From the NCBI GenBank assembly GCA_963770565.1, contig CAVYQE010000002.1:160001-224000 (forward strand): a stretch of 64,000 nt of DNA, read 5' to 3'. Each line of letters begins with the position of its first letter. Positions within the stretch are counted from its first letter, which is position 1. Below are positions 9,575 to 22,236 of this stretch, one piece after another. The notes under the pieces were generated by a model that worked only from the letters and a program-made list of their open reading frames with translations, was not told where the DNA came from and did no database searches. Both the position numbers and the translations under genes were made by a program. This stretch comes from an uncultured Actinomycetota bacterium (GTDB lineage: Bacteria > Actinomycetota > Actinomycetes > JAFAQI01).

Positions 9575-10680
9575 CGTCGCTTCCTCGCCCTCGCTCGAGC
9601 CAGGGCGAGCGACCCGATCACGGCGAGCGTGGCACCGGCGCCGGCCGCGGCACCGGCCGCCGCCCGGGCGGCGTCCTTGCGGTCGACGACGAGCAGGCTG
9701 CGCCCGGCTCGGTCGCCTAGCAGCTGCAGGTGTTCGCGCAAGGCCGCCTCGTTGGACCAGCGCGGCTCCCAGCCGGTCTTGCGCAGCTGCTGGGACCCGA
9801 CCACCCATGGATGTTGGAGGTAGTACAGGTCGCTGGGCGCGGCCGCGAGCGCGCCCACCCGGTGCAGCCGGTCGGCGGTCGCGAAGGCAACCGCCATCGG
9901 TACGACGACCGAGCGCATGCCGGCGATCGACTCGACCTCGGCCCGGGTCAGCCAACCGTCACAACCGACGGTGACCGCGCCGACCACTTCCCCGAACGCC
10001 GCCGCGACCAGCGCATCGAGCAGGTCGTCGACGTGACAGAACTGCCAATGGCAGTGCGCATCGCGAATCGCGAACAACCGCACCGCCTCGAACAAGCCGG
10101 GCAACAGCGCGTCCGGCGCCGGCCCGACGAGCGACGCCGGCCGCACGACGGTCAGCTCGAGCGGGCAGTCCTCCGTCGTACGACGGGCGGCGATCTGCTC
10201 CATGGCCACCCAGTCACCGACCAACCCGTCCGGTGGCTCCGACAGGATCGGGGCGTCCTCGTCGAGCGGAACCGGGTTGGTGGCAAGTGCGCCGTAGACC
10301 ATCGCGCTGGTGAGCAGGACCGCGCGCTTCACGCCCGCCGCGACTGCGGCATCGAGCAACACCTCGGTGCCGCGCACGTTGACCGCGCGGCGGTCCGCGG
10401 TCGGGGTCGCGGTGGTGCGATCGGTGGCGAGGTGCACCAGGGTGTCGATGCCCTCCAACCGGCTGGCCAGCGCCGGGTCGCGGACGTCCGCGACCCGCCA
10501 GGTCACGCCGGGCTGGTGACGACGCGCGGTGTCGATCGCGACGACCTTCGGCGCGACCGGGTGCTCGGCCAGCCGCTCGAGCAACCCGGCGCCGAGCGGG
10601 CCGGCCGCGCCGGTCACCGCGATCGTGGGCGCGCTGCGCCGACGGCGAACGGCCGTACGGGGCTGCGTCACAGCCTCCAT
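9571..10680 (-). CDS. NAD-dependent epimerase/dehydratase
   Basis: IAVTGAAGPLG Rossmann motif, VNVRGT, SAMVYGA; ATGA overlap with moaE. Confidence 0.88.
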   Translation of the reverse strand: MEAVTQPRTAVRRRRSAPTIAVTGAAGPLGAGLLERLAEHPVAPKVVAIDTARRHQPGVTWRVADVRDPALASRLEGIDTLVHLATDRTTATPTADRRAVNVRGTEVLLDAAVAAGVKRAVLLTSAMVYGALATNPVPLDEDAPILSEPPDGLVGDWVAMEQIAARRTTEDCPLELTVVRPASLVGPAPDALLPGLFEAVRLFAIRDAHCHWQFCHVDDLLDALVAAAFGEVVGAVTVGCDGWLTRAEVESIAGMRSVVVPMAVAFATADRLHRVGALAAAPSDLYYLQHPWVVGSQQLRKTGWEPRWSNEAALREHLQLLGDRAGRSLLVVDRKDAARAAAGAAAGAGATLAVIGSLALARARARKRR

Positions 10681-10701
10681 CTTGACGGCTAACGTGGATT
10701 T

Positions 10702-11949
10702 GTGACCACGCCACCGCCGTTCGGCTTCACCAACAGCGACGACGACGAGCCGTCCAACGACCCGCTCGCCGCGCTCGGCGGGATGCCCGATCTGGGCGCG
10801 ATGTTGCAGCAGCTCGGCACCTTGATGTCGGGCGAGACCGGGCCGGTGAACTGGCAGGTCGCGCGTACCGCCGCGATGGCCGTGATCGGCACCGACACCG
10901 GTACGACGAGCAGCGACACGACCGAGGTCGCCGAGGCGCTCCGCCTCGCCGACGTGTGGCTGGACCCGGCGACCGCGCTGCCGTCCGGCGTGGCCTCGAC
11001 CGAGGCCTGGAGCCGGCGACGGTGGCTCGAGGCGACCAGAGGCACCTGGACCGAGCTCGTCGAGCCGGTGGCCGGGCGGGTCTCGGGCGCGATGAGCGAG
11101 GCGCTGCCCGAGGAGATGCGCTCGATGGCGGCGCCCTTGATGGGGATGATGAGCCAGATCGGTGGCCTGGTCTTCGGCGGTCAGGTGGGTCAGGCGCTCG
11201 GCACGCTCGCGACCGAGGTGGTCAGCTCGAGCGACATCGGCCTGCCGCTCGGCCCGCCCGGGGTCGCGGCGCTGCTTCCCGAGTCGATCCGCACGCTGAG
11301 CTCCGGCCTGGACCTGCCGGTCGACGAGGTCCGGCTGTTCGTCGCGCTGCGGGAGGCGGCTCACCACCGGTTGTTCGGGCACGTGCCGTGGCTGCGGGCT
11401 CACCTGATCGAGGCAGTGCGTGCATACGCCGAGGGCATCACGGTCGACACCTCGAAGTTCGAGGAGCTCGCGCGCGGAATCGACCCCAGCGACCCGGAGG
11501 CGCTTCAGCAGGCGATCGGCGACGGGTTGTTCGAGCCGACCTCCTCACCGGTTCAGCAGGCCGCGCTCGCGCGGCTCGAGACCGCGCTCGCACTCGTCGA
11601 GGGCTGGGTAGACATCGTCACCGCGGCCGCCGGATCGAACTCGCTGCCGAGCTTCGCCGCACTGCAGGAGACGATGCGCCGGCGCCGCGCGACCGGCGGC
11701 CCGGCCGAGCGCACCTTTGCCTCGCTGGTCGGGCTCGAGCTTCGCCCCCGCCGGCTGCGCGAGGCCGCCGCGCTATGGCAGGCGCTCGGCGACCGGCGCG
11801 GCATCGACGAACGCGACGCGGTGTGGTCGCACCCCGACCTGCTGCCGAGCAGCGACGACCTCGACGACCCGGCCGCGTGGGTCGAACGGGACGGCACGGA
11901 GACCACGCTCGACCTCTCCGAGCTCGAACCTCCCGCCGACCCCAGCTGA
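10702..11949 (+). CDS. Zinc-dependent metalloprotease-like protein (DUF2342/Rv3195-like)
   Basis: GPVNW, LREAAHHRLF..VPWL, LALVEGWVD, GGPAE..FASLVGLELRPRRLR. Confidence 0.9.
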   Translation: MTTPPPFGFTNSDDDEPSNDPLAALGGMPDLGAMLQQLGTLMSGETGPVNWQVARTAAMAVIGTDTGTTSSDTTEVAEALRLADVWLDPATALPSGVASTEAWSRRRWLEATRGTWTELVEPVAGRVSGAMSEALPEEMRSMAAPLMGMMSQIGGLVFGGQVGQALGTLATEVVSSSDIGLPLGPPGVAALLPESIRTLSSGLDLPVDEVRLFVALREAAHHRLFGHVPWLRAHLIEAVRAYAEGITVDTSKFEELARGIDPSDPEALQQAIGDGLFEPTSSPVQQAALARLETALALVEGWVDIVTAAAGSNSLPSFAALQETMRRRRATGGPAERTFASLVGLELRPRRLREAAALWQALGDRRGIDERDAVWSHPDLLPSSDDLDDPAAWVERDGTETTLDLSELEPPADPS

Positions 11950-12032
11950 CAAGCAATGTCACATTGCCCCGCACTTCGTGGGGGCAATGTGACACCACCC
12001 CCAGAAACCGCTGGGCAATGTGACATTGCTTG
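11950..12032 (+). repeat. 83-bp palindromic REP/REPIN-like element, copy 1
   Basis: 20-bp terminal IR CAAGCAATGTCACATTGCCC/GGGCAATGTGACATTGCTTG; second copy at 43538-43620. Confidence 0.9.
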
Positions 12033-12050
12033 GTCTTGGTCGAGGGTCGG

Positions 12051-12611
12051 TCACCGCTTGGGGACCGAGTCGACCCCTTCGAGGTAGCCCTGCGCGCGCT
12101 CGAGCCGCTCGAACCCGGCCAGCTCCCGCCAGAACGCCGGACCGTGCGAGGGGACCAGCAGGTGCGCGAGCTCGTGCAGCAGCACGTAGTCGATGACGAA
12201 GCCCGGCATGCCGAGCAACCGGCGGGACAGCCGGATCGTGCCGTCGGCCGGAGTGCACGAACCCCAGCGGACGTTCATGTTGTCGACCCACCGAACGCTC
12301 GTCGGCCTGGCCCGGCCGCCGAGATAACGCCGGGACAGATCGCTCGCTCGCTCGTCGAGCTCGCTGTCGCTCGGCCGGTCCTTGCGCTCGTTTGCCAGCA
12401 CCCGCGCCACCAGCAGCGCAACCCAGCGCGACTCCTCGGCCCGGCTGATCCGGGCCGGCACCGAAACCACGATCTTCTCCCCCACCCGGTGGGCGGACAC
12501 GGTGCGGCGCCGGCGCGTGCTGCGCACGATCTCGACGGCCGGCGCGGCCGGCGACTCCGCGCTCAGCGGGATGGCAAGCTGGCCCGGATCGGACCCGGCA
12601 ATGTTCCTCAC
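12051..12611 (-). CDS. M48/DUF45 family metallopeptidase (start uncertain)
   Basis: VRSTRRRRTVSA, RWGSCTP, DYVLLHELAHL..HGPAFW. Confidence 0.9.
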   Translation of the reverse strand: MRNIAGSDPGQLAIPLSAESPAAPAVEIVRSTRRRRTVSAHRVGEKIVVSVPARISRAEESRWVALLVARVLANERKDRPSDSELDERASDLSRRYLGGRARPTSVRWVDNMNVRWGSCTPADGTIRLSRRLLGMPGFVIDYVLLHELAHLLVPSHGPAFWRELAGFERLERAQGYLEGVDSVPKR

Positions 12612-12714
12612 GGCGCTGACCGTAGCCCGCGGGACCGACCAAATTGATCGCCGTACACAGCCGGTGCACGGTGTCGCCGCAGGTCGCCTCGGCGTGGCGC
12701 ATTGCTCACAGCGG

Positions 12715-12791
12715 TTGTCCACAACGCGCACACGCGGTCGTCCACAGCAACACTCCGGACTGTCCCCACCCCGCCCCCAGCGTCATCCACA
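12715..12791 (+). promoter_or_regulatory. Cluster of co-oriented DnaA-box-like 9-mers
   Basis: TTGTCCACA 12715, TCGTCCACA 12738, CTGTCCCCA 12760, TCATCCACA 12783. Confidence 0.65.
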
Positions 12792-12933
12792 GCGGGCCGG
12801 GAACGGCCGTTGACGCACACCCTCGGTGGTCCGTACGGTCTTCCCAACGAAGCCCCCGTGGCCCCAACGTTCGGACGTTCGCAAGGGGAAGGCGAATGAA
12901 CGGACTGAGGTGCCCGGGGGCTTCGTCGCGCCG

Positions 12934-13725
12934 CTAGCGACCGGTGAACCGCGGTGGGCGGCGCTCCTTCGACGCGGCGATGCCCTCGGCCAGGTCGGCG
13001 GTCGCGAACGTCACCGGCTGGGCGAGCGCCTCGAACTGCAGCGCCGCCTCGAGCGTCCGATGCCCGCCGCTACGCAACGCAGCCACCGTCAGCCGCACCG
13101 CGATCGGCCCGTTGGCCGCGATCTGTTCCGCCACGCCGAGCGCGCCAGAAAGAATTTCGTCGGTTTCGAAGACCCCGTTGACCAGCCCGATCCGCAGCGC
13201 CTCGGCCGCGTCGACCCGGCGCCCGGTGAACAACAGCTCGCGCGCAACCGGCAGCCCGACCACCTCCGGCAGCAGCCAGGTGGCGGCCATCCCGGCGTGC
13301 ATGCCGAGTGCGGTGAACGGCGCGGAAAGCATCGCCCCGCTCGCCGCGTAGCGCAGGTCGCAGGCCAACGCAAGGCACAGACCGGCGCCGACCGCATGGC
13401 CGTTGATCGCCGCGATGGTGGGCACTTCGAGCGCGCGAATCGATAGCCAAGACCGATAAAACGGGAGCATCCGGTCACGAATGGTGTCAACGGTCAGATC
13501 GGGTGATTCGCCGATCCACGACAGATCGCCACCCGAACAGAACGCGCTCCCCTCACCCGTCACGACCACCGCCCGCACGCTGCGATCGGTCCGCAGCGAG
13601 CCGACCGCTTCGGTCCACGCTTGGGTCAGCTCAGCGGTCATCGCGTTGCGCCGCTCGGGCAACGCGAGGGTCAGGACGACGACACCGTCGTCGCGACGCT
13701 CGACTCGCAAAGGGGCGTCGCTCAT
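12934..13725 (-). CDS. Enoyl-CoA hydratase/isomerase
   Basis: AFCSGGDL, PTIAAINGHAVGAG, LACDLR. Confidence 0.92.
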   Translation of the reverse strand: MSDAPLRVERRDDGVVVLTLALPERRNAMTAELTQAWTEAVGSLRTDRSVRAVVVTGEGSAFCSGGDLSWIGESPDLTVDTIRDRMLPFYRSWLSIRALEVPTIAAINGHAVGAGLCLALACDLRYAASGAMLSAPFTALGMHAGMAATWLLPEVVGLPVARELLFTGRRVDAAEALRIGLVNGVFETDEILSGALGVAEQIAANGPIAVRLTVAALRSGGHRTLEAALQFEALAQPVTFATADLAEGIAASKERRPPRFTGR

Positions 13726-13872
13726 CGTTCCTCCACAGCCGGATCGGGGTAAACCGGAGGGTAGCCCGCCACGACGCCACGCTCGGATACCGGGATTATG
13801 AGCGTGGGGCCGGTACGCTCGTTGAAGGTTCGGCCGGCTCCCGGCCGGCGGCGATCGATCGAGGAGGACCAG

Positions 13873-14025
13873 ATGGCCGACACCTATGAGGGCTACTGCG
13901 TGAAGTGCAAGGAGAAGCGCACCTACCAGGGCGAGGTCCGGACCAGCGAGTCCGGCCGCCGGATGGCACAGGGACCGTGCCCCGTGTGCGGCACCAAGGT
14001 CAACCGGATCCTGGGCAAGGCCTAG
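13873..14025 (+). CDS. Small zinc-ribbon protein (DUF5679-like), 50 aa
   Basis: GAGGAGG RBS; YCVKCKEKR...GPCPVCGTKVNRILG. Confidence 0.85.
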   Translation: MADTYEGYCVKCKEKRTYQGEVRTSESGRRMAQGPCPVCGTKVNRILGKA

Positions 14026-14046
14026 CACCACCGCACCAACAGCTTT

Positions 14047-14088
14047 ACCGAAGCCGCGAAGTGGAACCCTCCGCTCCGCGGCTTCGGT
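14047..14088. terminator. GC-rich hairpin between the zinc-ribbon gene and the ThiF-like gene
   Basis: ACCGAAGCCGCG...CGCGGCTTCGGT. Confidence 0.55.
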
Positions 14089-14186
14089 GCGTCTGTGGAC
14101 GGGACCGGCAGCGACCACACTGATCCTGCTTGGCTGGCTCGAGGTCGCACCTACCGGTCGACCTGCGTCGACCAGGAGGGCCCGCC

Positions 14187-15236
14187 GTGCGACCGCAGCT
14201 CAAACCGGCCTTGCGCCGGCTGTGGCGCGACCCGGCCACGCTGCAGCTCGGCATCGACCCGAGGTACGCCGTGGCTCTCGGCGGCATCGACGTCGGCGAT
14301 GCCGGCCTGCTCGAGCTCCTCGACGGCACGCGGGGCACTGCGGAGCTGCTCGACGAGGCCACCCACCGCGGCCACCGGATCGAGCGGGTCCGCGAGCTGC
14401 TCGCGGCGCTCGAGGACGCGGCCGCGTTGGACGACGCGAGCGCGACCGACGAACCGCGGGCCGGCACCGACCCCGGCGATCCGCGCCACCACCCCGACCT
14501 GCTCTCGCTGTCGCTGGCGCACCCCGAGCCGGGCGCCGCGCAGCGGGTGATGCGGGCGCGCACGCGCGCGGTGGTCGAGGTCCTCGGTGCCGGTCGGGTC
14601 GGGGCCTCGCTCGCCCTGCTGCTGGCGGCCGCTGGAGTCGGTCAGCTCATCCTCGGTGACCAGGGTCCGCAACAGCCGGCCGACTTCGCGCCCGGCGGGG
14701 TACGCGGTCCCGGCCCGCACCAGGCCAGCCGGGCCGACGCGGTCCACGCCGCACTCGGCGGCGACGCGCGCAGGCGCACCCGCCACAGCGCCCGCAGCGA
14801 GGCACCCGCGATCGTCGTCCTCGCGCCGACCGGCTGCATGGTGCCGCCGGAATGGCTCCGGCAGGTCCGCAACCGGACCCACCTCCCGGTGACGATCCGC
14901 GAGACCACCGCGATCATCGGGCCGCTGGTGGTGCCGGGCCGGACTCCGTGCCTACGCTGCGTCGAGCTGCTGCGCGGCGACCGCGACCCGGTGTGGCCGG
15001 CCCTTGCCGCCCAGCTGGTCGGAGCGCGGCCCGAGACCGAGCCTTGCGACATCGCCCTCGCGAGCGCGGCCGCGTCGATCGTCGCGCTGCACGTGCTGGC
15101 CTGGCTGGATCGGCGCGGGGCGCAGCCGCCGCCGAGCGTGGGCGGCGTACTCGAGCTCTCGCTCAGCGACCTTCGGCTGCGGCGGCGGACGATCGTGGCT
15201 CATCCCGGCTGCGGCTGCGGGGCGATCGACGCCTGA
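14187..15236 (+). CDS. ThiF/E1-like, TOMM cyclodehydratase-C-like protein (Rv3196-like)
   Basis: AGGAGG RBS; LLDGTR wHTH-like N-terminus, GAGRVG, IGPLVVPGRTPCLRC, HPGCGC. Confidence 0.82.
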   Translation: MRPQLKPALRRLWRDPATLQLGIDPRYAVALGGIDVGDAGLLELLDGTRGTAELLDEATHRGHRIERVRELLAALEDAAALDDASATDEPRAGTDPGDPRHHPDLLSLSLAHPEPGAAQRVMRARTRAVVEVLGAGRVGASLALLLAAAGVGQLILGDQGPQQPADFAPGGVRGPGPHQASRADAVHAALGGDARRRTRHSARSEAPAIVVLAPTGCMVPPEWLRQVRNRTHLPVTIRETTAIIGPLVVPGRTPCLRCVELLRGDRDPVWPALAAQLVGARPETEPCDIALASAAASIVALHVLAWLDRRGAQPPPSVGGVLELSLSDLRLRRRTIVAHPGCGCGAIDA

Positions 15237-15254
15237 GCGAGCCGGCAGATCGGC

Positions 15255-16541
<1,287 letters not shown>

Positions 16542-16603
16542 CGAATCTCCCTCTGCCGTGCGCCCCGACGAACCCTGCGGCGTCGGTAACCGAGAATAGA
16601 AGG

Positions 16604-17989
16604 GTGACCGACATCCCGAAGTGGGCGATCTCGCGAGGGGTGAAGCTCGCGGGCCTCCCGATCGGGGTAGCCGGCCGCACCGCGGTCGGCATCGGCAAGC
16701 GTATCGGCGGGCGACCGGCCGAGATCGTCGCCTCCGAGGTCCAGCAACGCACCGCCGAGCAGCTCTTCCGCGTGCTCGGGGAGCTCAAGGGTGGCGCGAT
16801 GAAGTTCGGCCAGGCGCTGTCGGTCTTCGAGGCGGCCCTGCCCGAGGACCTGGCCGCGCCGTACCGAGCCGCACTGACCAGGTTGCAGGATGCCGCCCCG
16901 CCGATGCCGGCATCGACGGTCGGCAAGGTGATGACGAAGGAGCTCGGGGAGGACTGGCGCGAGCGGTTCCGCGCGTGGGACGACAAGCCGGCCGCGGCCG
17001 CGTCGATCGGGCAGGTCCACCGGGCGGTCTGGCACGACGGCCGTGAGGTCGCGGTCAAGGTGCAATACCCGGGTGCCGGCCCGGCGCTGCTCTCCGACCT
17101 GAACCAGCTGGCCCGATTCGCCCGGCTGTTCACCATCATCAATCCCGGGCTCGACGTGAAGCCGCTGATCAAGGAGCTCAAGGAGCGGGTCGCGGAGGAG
17201 CTCGACTACGCGATCGAGGCGCAGTCCCAGGCCACCTTCCACGCCGCATACGTCGACGACCCGGAGATGGTCGTCCCCGCGGTCATCGAGCACTCCGGCA
17301 ACGTCCTGGTGACCGAGTGGATCGACGGGACCCAGCTCTCGGTGATCATCCGCGACGGCAGCCGGCCGCAGCGCAACCGAGCCGGGCTGCTGTTCGTACG
17401 GTTCCTGATGTCGGGCCCGGAGCGCTGCGGCCTCCTGCACGCCGACCCGCACCCCGGCAACTTCCTGCTCACTGCCGACAACCGGCTCGCGGTGCTCGAC
17501 TACGGCGCGGTCAACCGGCTGCCGGACGGCCTGCCGACCAAGATCGGACCGCTCGGCCGGCTCGCCCTCGAAGGCCGGGCTGAGGACGTCCTGATCGGCC
17601 TGCGGGCCGAGGGCTTCATCCCGGAGAGCCTGGAGGTCGACGCGCAGGCGGTGCTCGACTACGTGACGCCGATGCTCGAACCGGTGCGCGCGGACACGTT
17701 CCACTTCACCCGGCCCTGGCTGCGCCGCGAGGCGGCGCGGGTCGCCGACCCACGGTCGCCGGCCAACGCGCTCGGCCGCCAGCTCAACCTGCCGCCGTCG
17801 TACCTGCTGTTGCATCGGGTGAGCGCCGGCATCACCGGCGTGCTCTGCCAGCTCGACGCCGACATTCCGTACGGCGCTGAGCTGCGCCGATGGGTGCCCG
17901 GCCTTGCCGATCCCAAGCCGGCCCGCAAGCGCAAGGCGGTGAAACCGGCTGTGCGCATCGACGTCGACGACGCCGAAACCGCCTCATAA
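16604..17989 (+). CDS. ABC1/UbiB (AarF) family kinase
   Basis: [35 protein letters not shown]. Confidence 0.95.
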   Translation: MTDIPKWAISRGVKLAGLPIGVAGRTAVGIGKRIGGRPAEIVASEVQQRTAEQLFRVLGELKGGAMKFGQALSVFEAALPEDLAAPYRAALTRLQDAAPPMPASTVGKVMTKELGEDWRERFRAWDDKPAAAASIGQVHRAVWHDGREVAVKVQYPGAGPALLSDLNQLARFARLFTIINPGLDVKPLIKELKERVAEELDYAIEAQSQATFHAAYVDDPEMVVPAVIEHSGNVLVTEWIDGTQLSVIIRDGSRPQRNRAGLLFVRFLMSGPERCGLLHADPHPGNFLLTADNRLAVLDYGAVNRLPDGLPTKIGPLGRLALEGRAEDVLIGLRAEGFIPESLEVDAQAVLDYVTPMLEPVRADTFHFTRPWLRREAARVADPRSPANALGRQLNLPPSYLLLHRVSAGITGVLCQLDADIPYGAELRRWVPGLADPKPARKRKAVKPAVRIDVDDAETAS

Positions 17990-18037
17990 CGGCCACCGGC
18001 ATCCCACCCGTCGTGAGCGCTGGTCTACCGTGCGGCA

Positions 18038-19612
<1,575 letters not shown>

Positions 19613-19622
19613 GTCAGGAGCG

Positions 19623-20210
19623 ATGCCCGCGATGACGACGGGAGATATCGACCTCGAAGCAGCCGAGGTGGCCGCGGGCGCGCTCCTCGACGCGCTCGGC
19701 ATCGACCGCAGCCAGGGCCCGCTCGCCGGCACGCCGCGGCGGATCGCCCGGGCGTACGCGGAGTTGCTGACTCCGCGGGAGTTCTCGCTGACGACCTTCC
19801 CCAACGACGAGGGGTACGACGAACTCGTCATCGCGCGCGACATCCCGTTCACCTCGGTGTGCGAGCACCACCTGCTGCCGTTCATCGGCACGGCTGTGGT
19901 CGCGTACCTGCCGGACGAGCGGATCCTCGGCCTGTCCAAGCTGGCCCGGGTGGTGGAGCTGTTCGCGCGACGGCCGCAGGTGCAGGAGCGGATGACGATC
20001 CAGATCGCGCACTGGCTCAACGACAACCTGGCGCCCAAGGGCGTCGGGATCGTGCTCGAAGCCGAGCACACCTGCATGACCACGCGCGGCGTGGGCGCGC
20101 GCGGCGCGACGACGGTGACGTCGACGCTGCTCGGTCATCTGCGCGACGACGCGCGGAGCCGAGCTGAGTTCCTGACCCTCGCCCACGGGCATCACGGCTC
20201 GATCAGCTGA
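19623..20210 (+). CDS. folE: GTP cyclohydrolase I
   Basis: TPRRIARAY, SVCEHHLLPF, GLSKLAR, RPQVQER, HTCMTTRG. Confidence 0.95.
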   Translation: MPAMTTGDIDLEAAEVAAGALLDALGIDRSQGPLAGTPRRIARAYAELLTPREFSLTTFPNDEGYDELVIARDIPFTSVCEHHLLPFIGTAVVAYLPDERILGLSKLARVVELFARRPQVQERMTIQIAHWLNDNLAPKGVGIVLEAEHTCMTTRGVGARGATTVTSTLLGHLRDDARSRAEFLTLAHGHHGSIS

Positions 20211-20247
20211 CAGCAAATCTTCAGGTTCTCCTCACATCTTGCTCAGG
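20208..20247 (+). promoter_or_regulatory. OmpR-family 11-bp-period direct repeats
   Basis: ACAG 20210, TCAG 20221, TCAC 20232, TCAG 20243. Confidence 0.5.
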
Positions 20248-20326
20248 GCGAGTCATCACGCTGATCCCCAGGTGCCGGACGTTCCGGCGTGCGCCGCATC
20301 CTCCGCGCGAAGGGAATGATCCGCTC

Positions 20327-21517
20327 GTGTCACGGCTGACCCACACCCTGCGCCGCTGGCCGGTCGTCGTGGGCCTCGTTGTCCTCGTGGTGGCCGGCGG
20401 CGGTGTCACGGCTTGGGCGATGAGCCGGTCCGGCTCTAGTACCTCATCGACCCAGTTGGTCGCAGCGCAGGTCAACACGATCAGGTCGACGGTCTCGGCG
20501 TCCGGAACGATCGAGCCGGCACACGAGGCAAGCCTCGATTTCGCGGCCACCGGCCGGGTGACGAAGGTGTGGGTGAAGGCGGGCGCGACGGTCAAGAAGG
20601 GGCAACGACTCGCAAGCATCACCAAGATCGCGCTCGTAGCGGCCAAAGACGCAGCGAAGGCAACGGTCGCGTCAGCCGCGGACCAGGTCGCCAATGACGG
20701 CTCGGCGAGCTCCGTGCAGCAGACCTCCGACCAGGCTGCGCTCCGCGCGGCGCGCAGCTCGCTGCGCAGCGCCAAGCAGGCGCTGGCCGATGCGACGCTG
20801 CGCTCAACCATCGCCGGCACGGTCACCGCGGTGAACCTCACGGTTGGACAGCAAGTATCGGGAGGCTCCGCGGTCGGCGGTGCCAACGCGGCCAGCGCCT
20901 CCTCGGACTCCAGCAGCCAGGTCGACGTCCAGTCGTCGACGTCCTTCGTGGTGAACGCCAGCGTCGATGACACCGAGATCAGCAGCGTGAAGAAGGGGCA
21001 GGCCGTCCAGATCACCCCCGACGGGGCGAACACCCCGGTGAGCGGCGTCGTCTCGTCGGTGAGCAGCGTGCCGTCCAGCAGTTCCGGCGTGGTCAACTTC
21101 CCGGTCGTCGTGAAGGTCTCCGGCCAGCCGAGCGGTGTCTACGCAGGCGCCAGCGCAACCCTGTCGATCACGACGAAGAAGGCGTTCAAGGCACTCGAGA
21201 TCCCGACCCTCGCCATCACCTACAACGGATCCACCGCGACCGTTCAGGTCAGCGAGGGGGCCGGTACGTCGAAACGAACCATCACGGTCGGGCAGAGCTT
21301 CGGCGCCGAGACCCAGGTCCTGTCCGGGCTCAAGGCAGGCGACAAGGTCGTCCTCTCGATTCCGACCTTCGGCCGGGTGATCACCAACCGCGGCGGCAAC
21401 GGCGGAGGCGGGAACTTCCCGGGCGGCGGGTTCCCAGGCGGCGGCACCTTCGGCAACGGGGGCGGCGGCGGATTCCCCACCGGCGGCTTCGGCGGCGGCG
21501 GATCGTCCGCACCATGA
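20327..21517 (+). CDS. Membrane fusion/periplasmic adaptor protein (MacA/YknX-like)
   Basis: N-terminal TM, VSASGTIEP, LRSTIAGTVTAV, GLKAGDKV, Gly/Phe-rich tail. Confidence 0.88.
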   Translation: MSRLTHTLRRWPVVVGLVVLVVAGGGVTAWAMSRSGSSTSSTQLVAAQVNTIRSTVSASGTIEPAHEASLDFAATGRVTKVWVKAGATVKKGQRLASITKIALVAAKDAAKATVASAADQVANDGSASSVQQTSDQAALRAARSSLRSAKQALADATLRSTIAGTVTAVNLTVGQQVSGGSAVGGANAASASSDSSSQVDVQSSTSFVVNASVDDTEISSVKKGQAVQITPDGANTPVSGVVSSVSSVPSSSSGVVNFPVVVKVSGQPSGVYAGASATLSITTKKAFKALEIPTLAITYNGSTATVQVSEGAGTSKRTITVGQSFGAETQVLSGLKAGDKVVLSIPTFGRVITNRGGNGGGGNFPGGGFPGGGTFGNGGGGGFPTGGFGGGGSSAP

Positions 21518-22236
21518 GCACTGCGAGCGAGGAGAGCGCCCCTACTCTCGAGCTCACGGATGTGAGGAAGACCTACCGCACGGGCTCGATCGAGGTCGAG
21601 GCTCTGCGCGGCGTCACACTGTCGGTTTACGCCGGTGACTACATGGCGATCATGGGTCCGTCCGGATCCGGCAAGTCGACCCTGATGCACATCCTCGGCT
21701 GCCTCGACGTACCGACCTCGGGTGAGTACCTGCTTGCCGGCGAGCAGGTGGCAACAATGAACGAAGAGGACCTGGCCGAGATCCGCAACCGACGCATCGG
21801 CTTCGTCTTCCAGCAGTTCAACCTGCTCGCCTCTCTCACCGCATGGCGCAACGTCGAGCTGCCGCTCACCTACGCAGGCGTGCCGGCGCACACTCGCCGC
21901 GAGCGGGCGATGGAAGCGCTCGAGCGGGTAGGCCTGTCCGACCGGGTTGAACATCGCCCGGGCGAGCTGTCCGGTGGTCAGCAGCAGCGGGTCGCCCTGG
22001 CGCGTGCCCTCGTCACGGACCCGGCGGTGATTCTCGCCGACGAGCCGACCGGCAATCTCGATTCGGCCTCGTCCGCAGAGGTGCTCGCCCTGCTCGCCGA
22101 CCTGCACCAGGCCGGGCGGACCGTCGTGCTCATCACGCACGAGGCGGACATCGCCGATCGAGCCCAGCGGGTGGTGCATATCCTCGACGGAGAGCTCGAG
22201 CCCGAGAGGCCCCAACCGATCGGGGCGCAGCGATGA
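21514..22236 (+). CDS. ABC transporter ATP-binding protein (MacB/LolD type)
   Basis: GPSGSGKST, LSGGQQQRV, ILADEPTGNLD. Confidence 0.96.
   Translation: MSTASEESAPTLELTDVRKTYRTGSIEVEALRGVTLSVYAGDYMAIMGPSGSGKSTLMHILGCLDVPTSGEYLLAGEQVATMNEEDLAEIRNRRIGFVFQQFNLLASLTAWRNVELPLTYAGVPAHTRRERAMEALERVGLSDRVEHRPGELSGGQQQRVALARALVTDPAVILADEPTGNLDSASSAEVLALLADLHQAGRTVVLITHEADIADRAQRVVHILDGELEPERPQPIGAQR

Noticed and set aside
11950-12032. Repeat-spacer-repeat pattern as a mini CRISPR array
   Set aside because: Units are inverted rather than direct, spacers are only ~10 nt, and no cas genes are present.
12702-12791. Replication origin
   Set aside because: No dnaA/dnaN or rep gene and no AT-rich unwinding element nearby.
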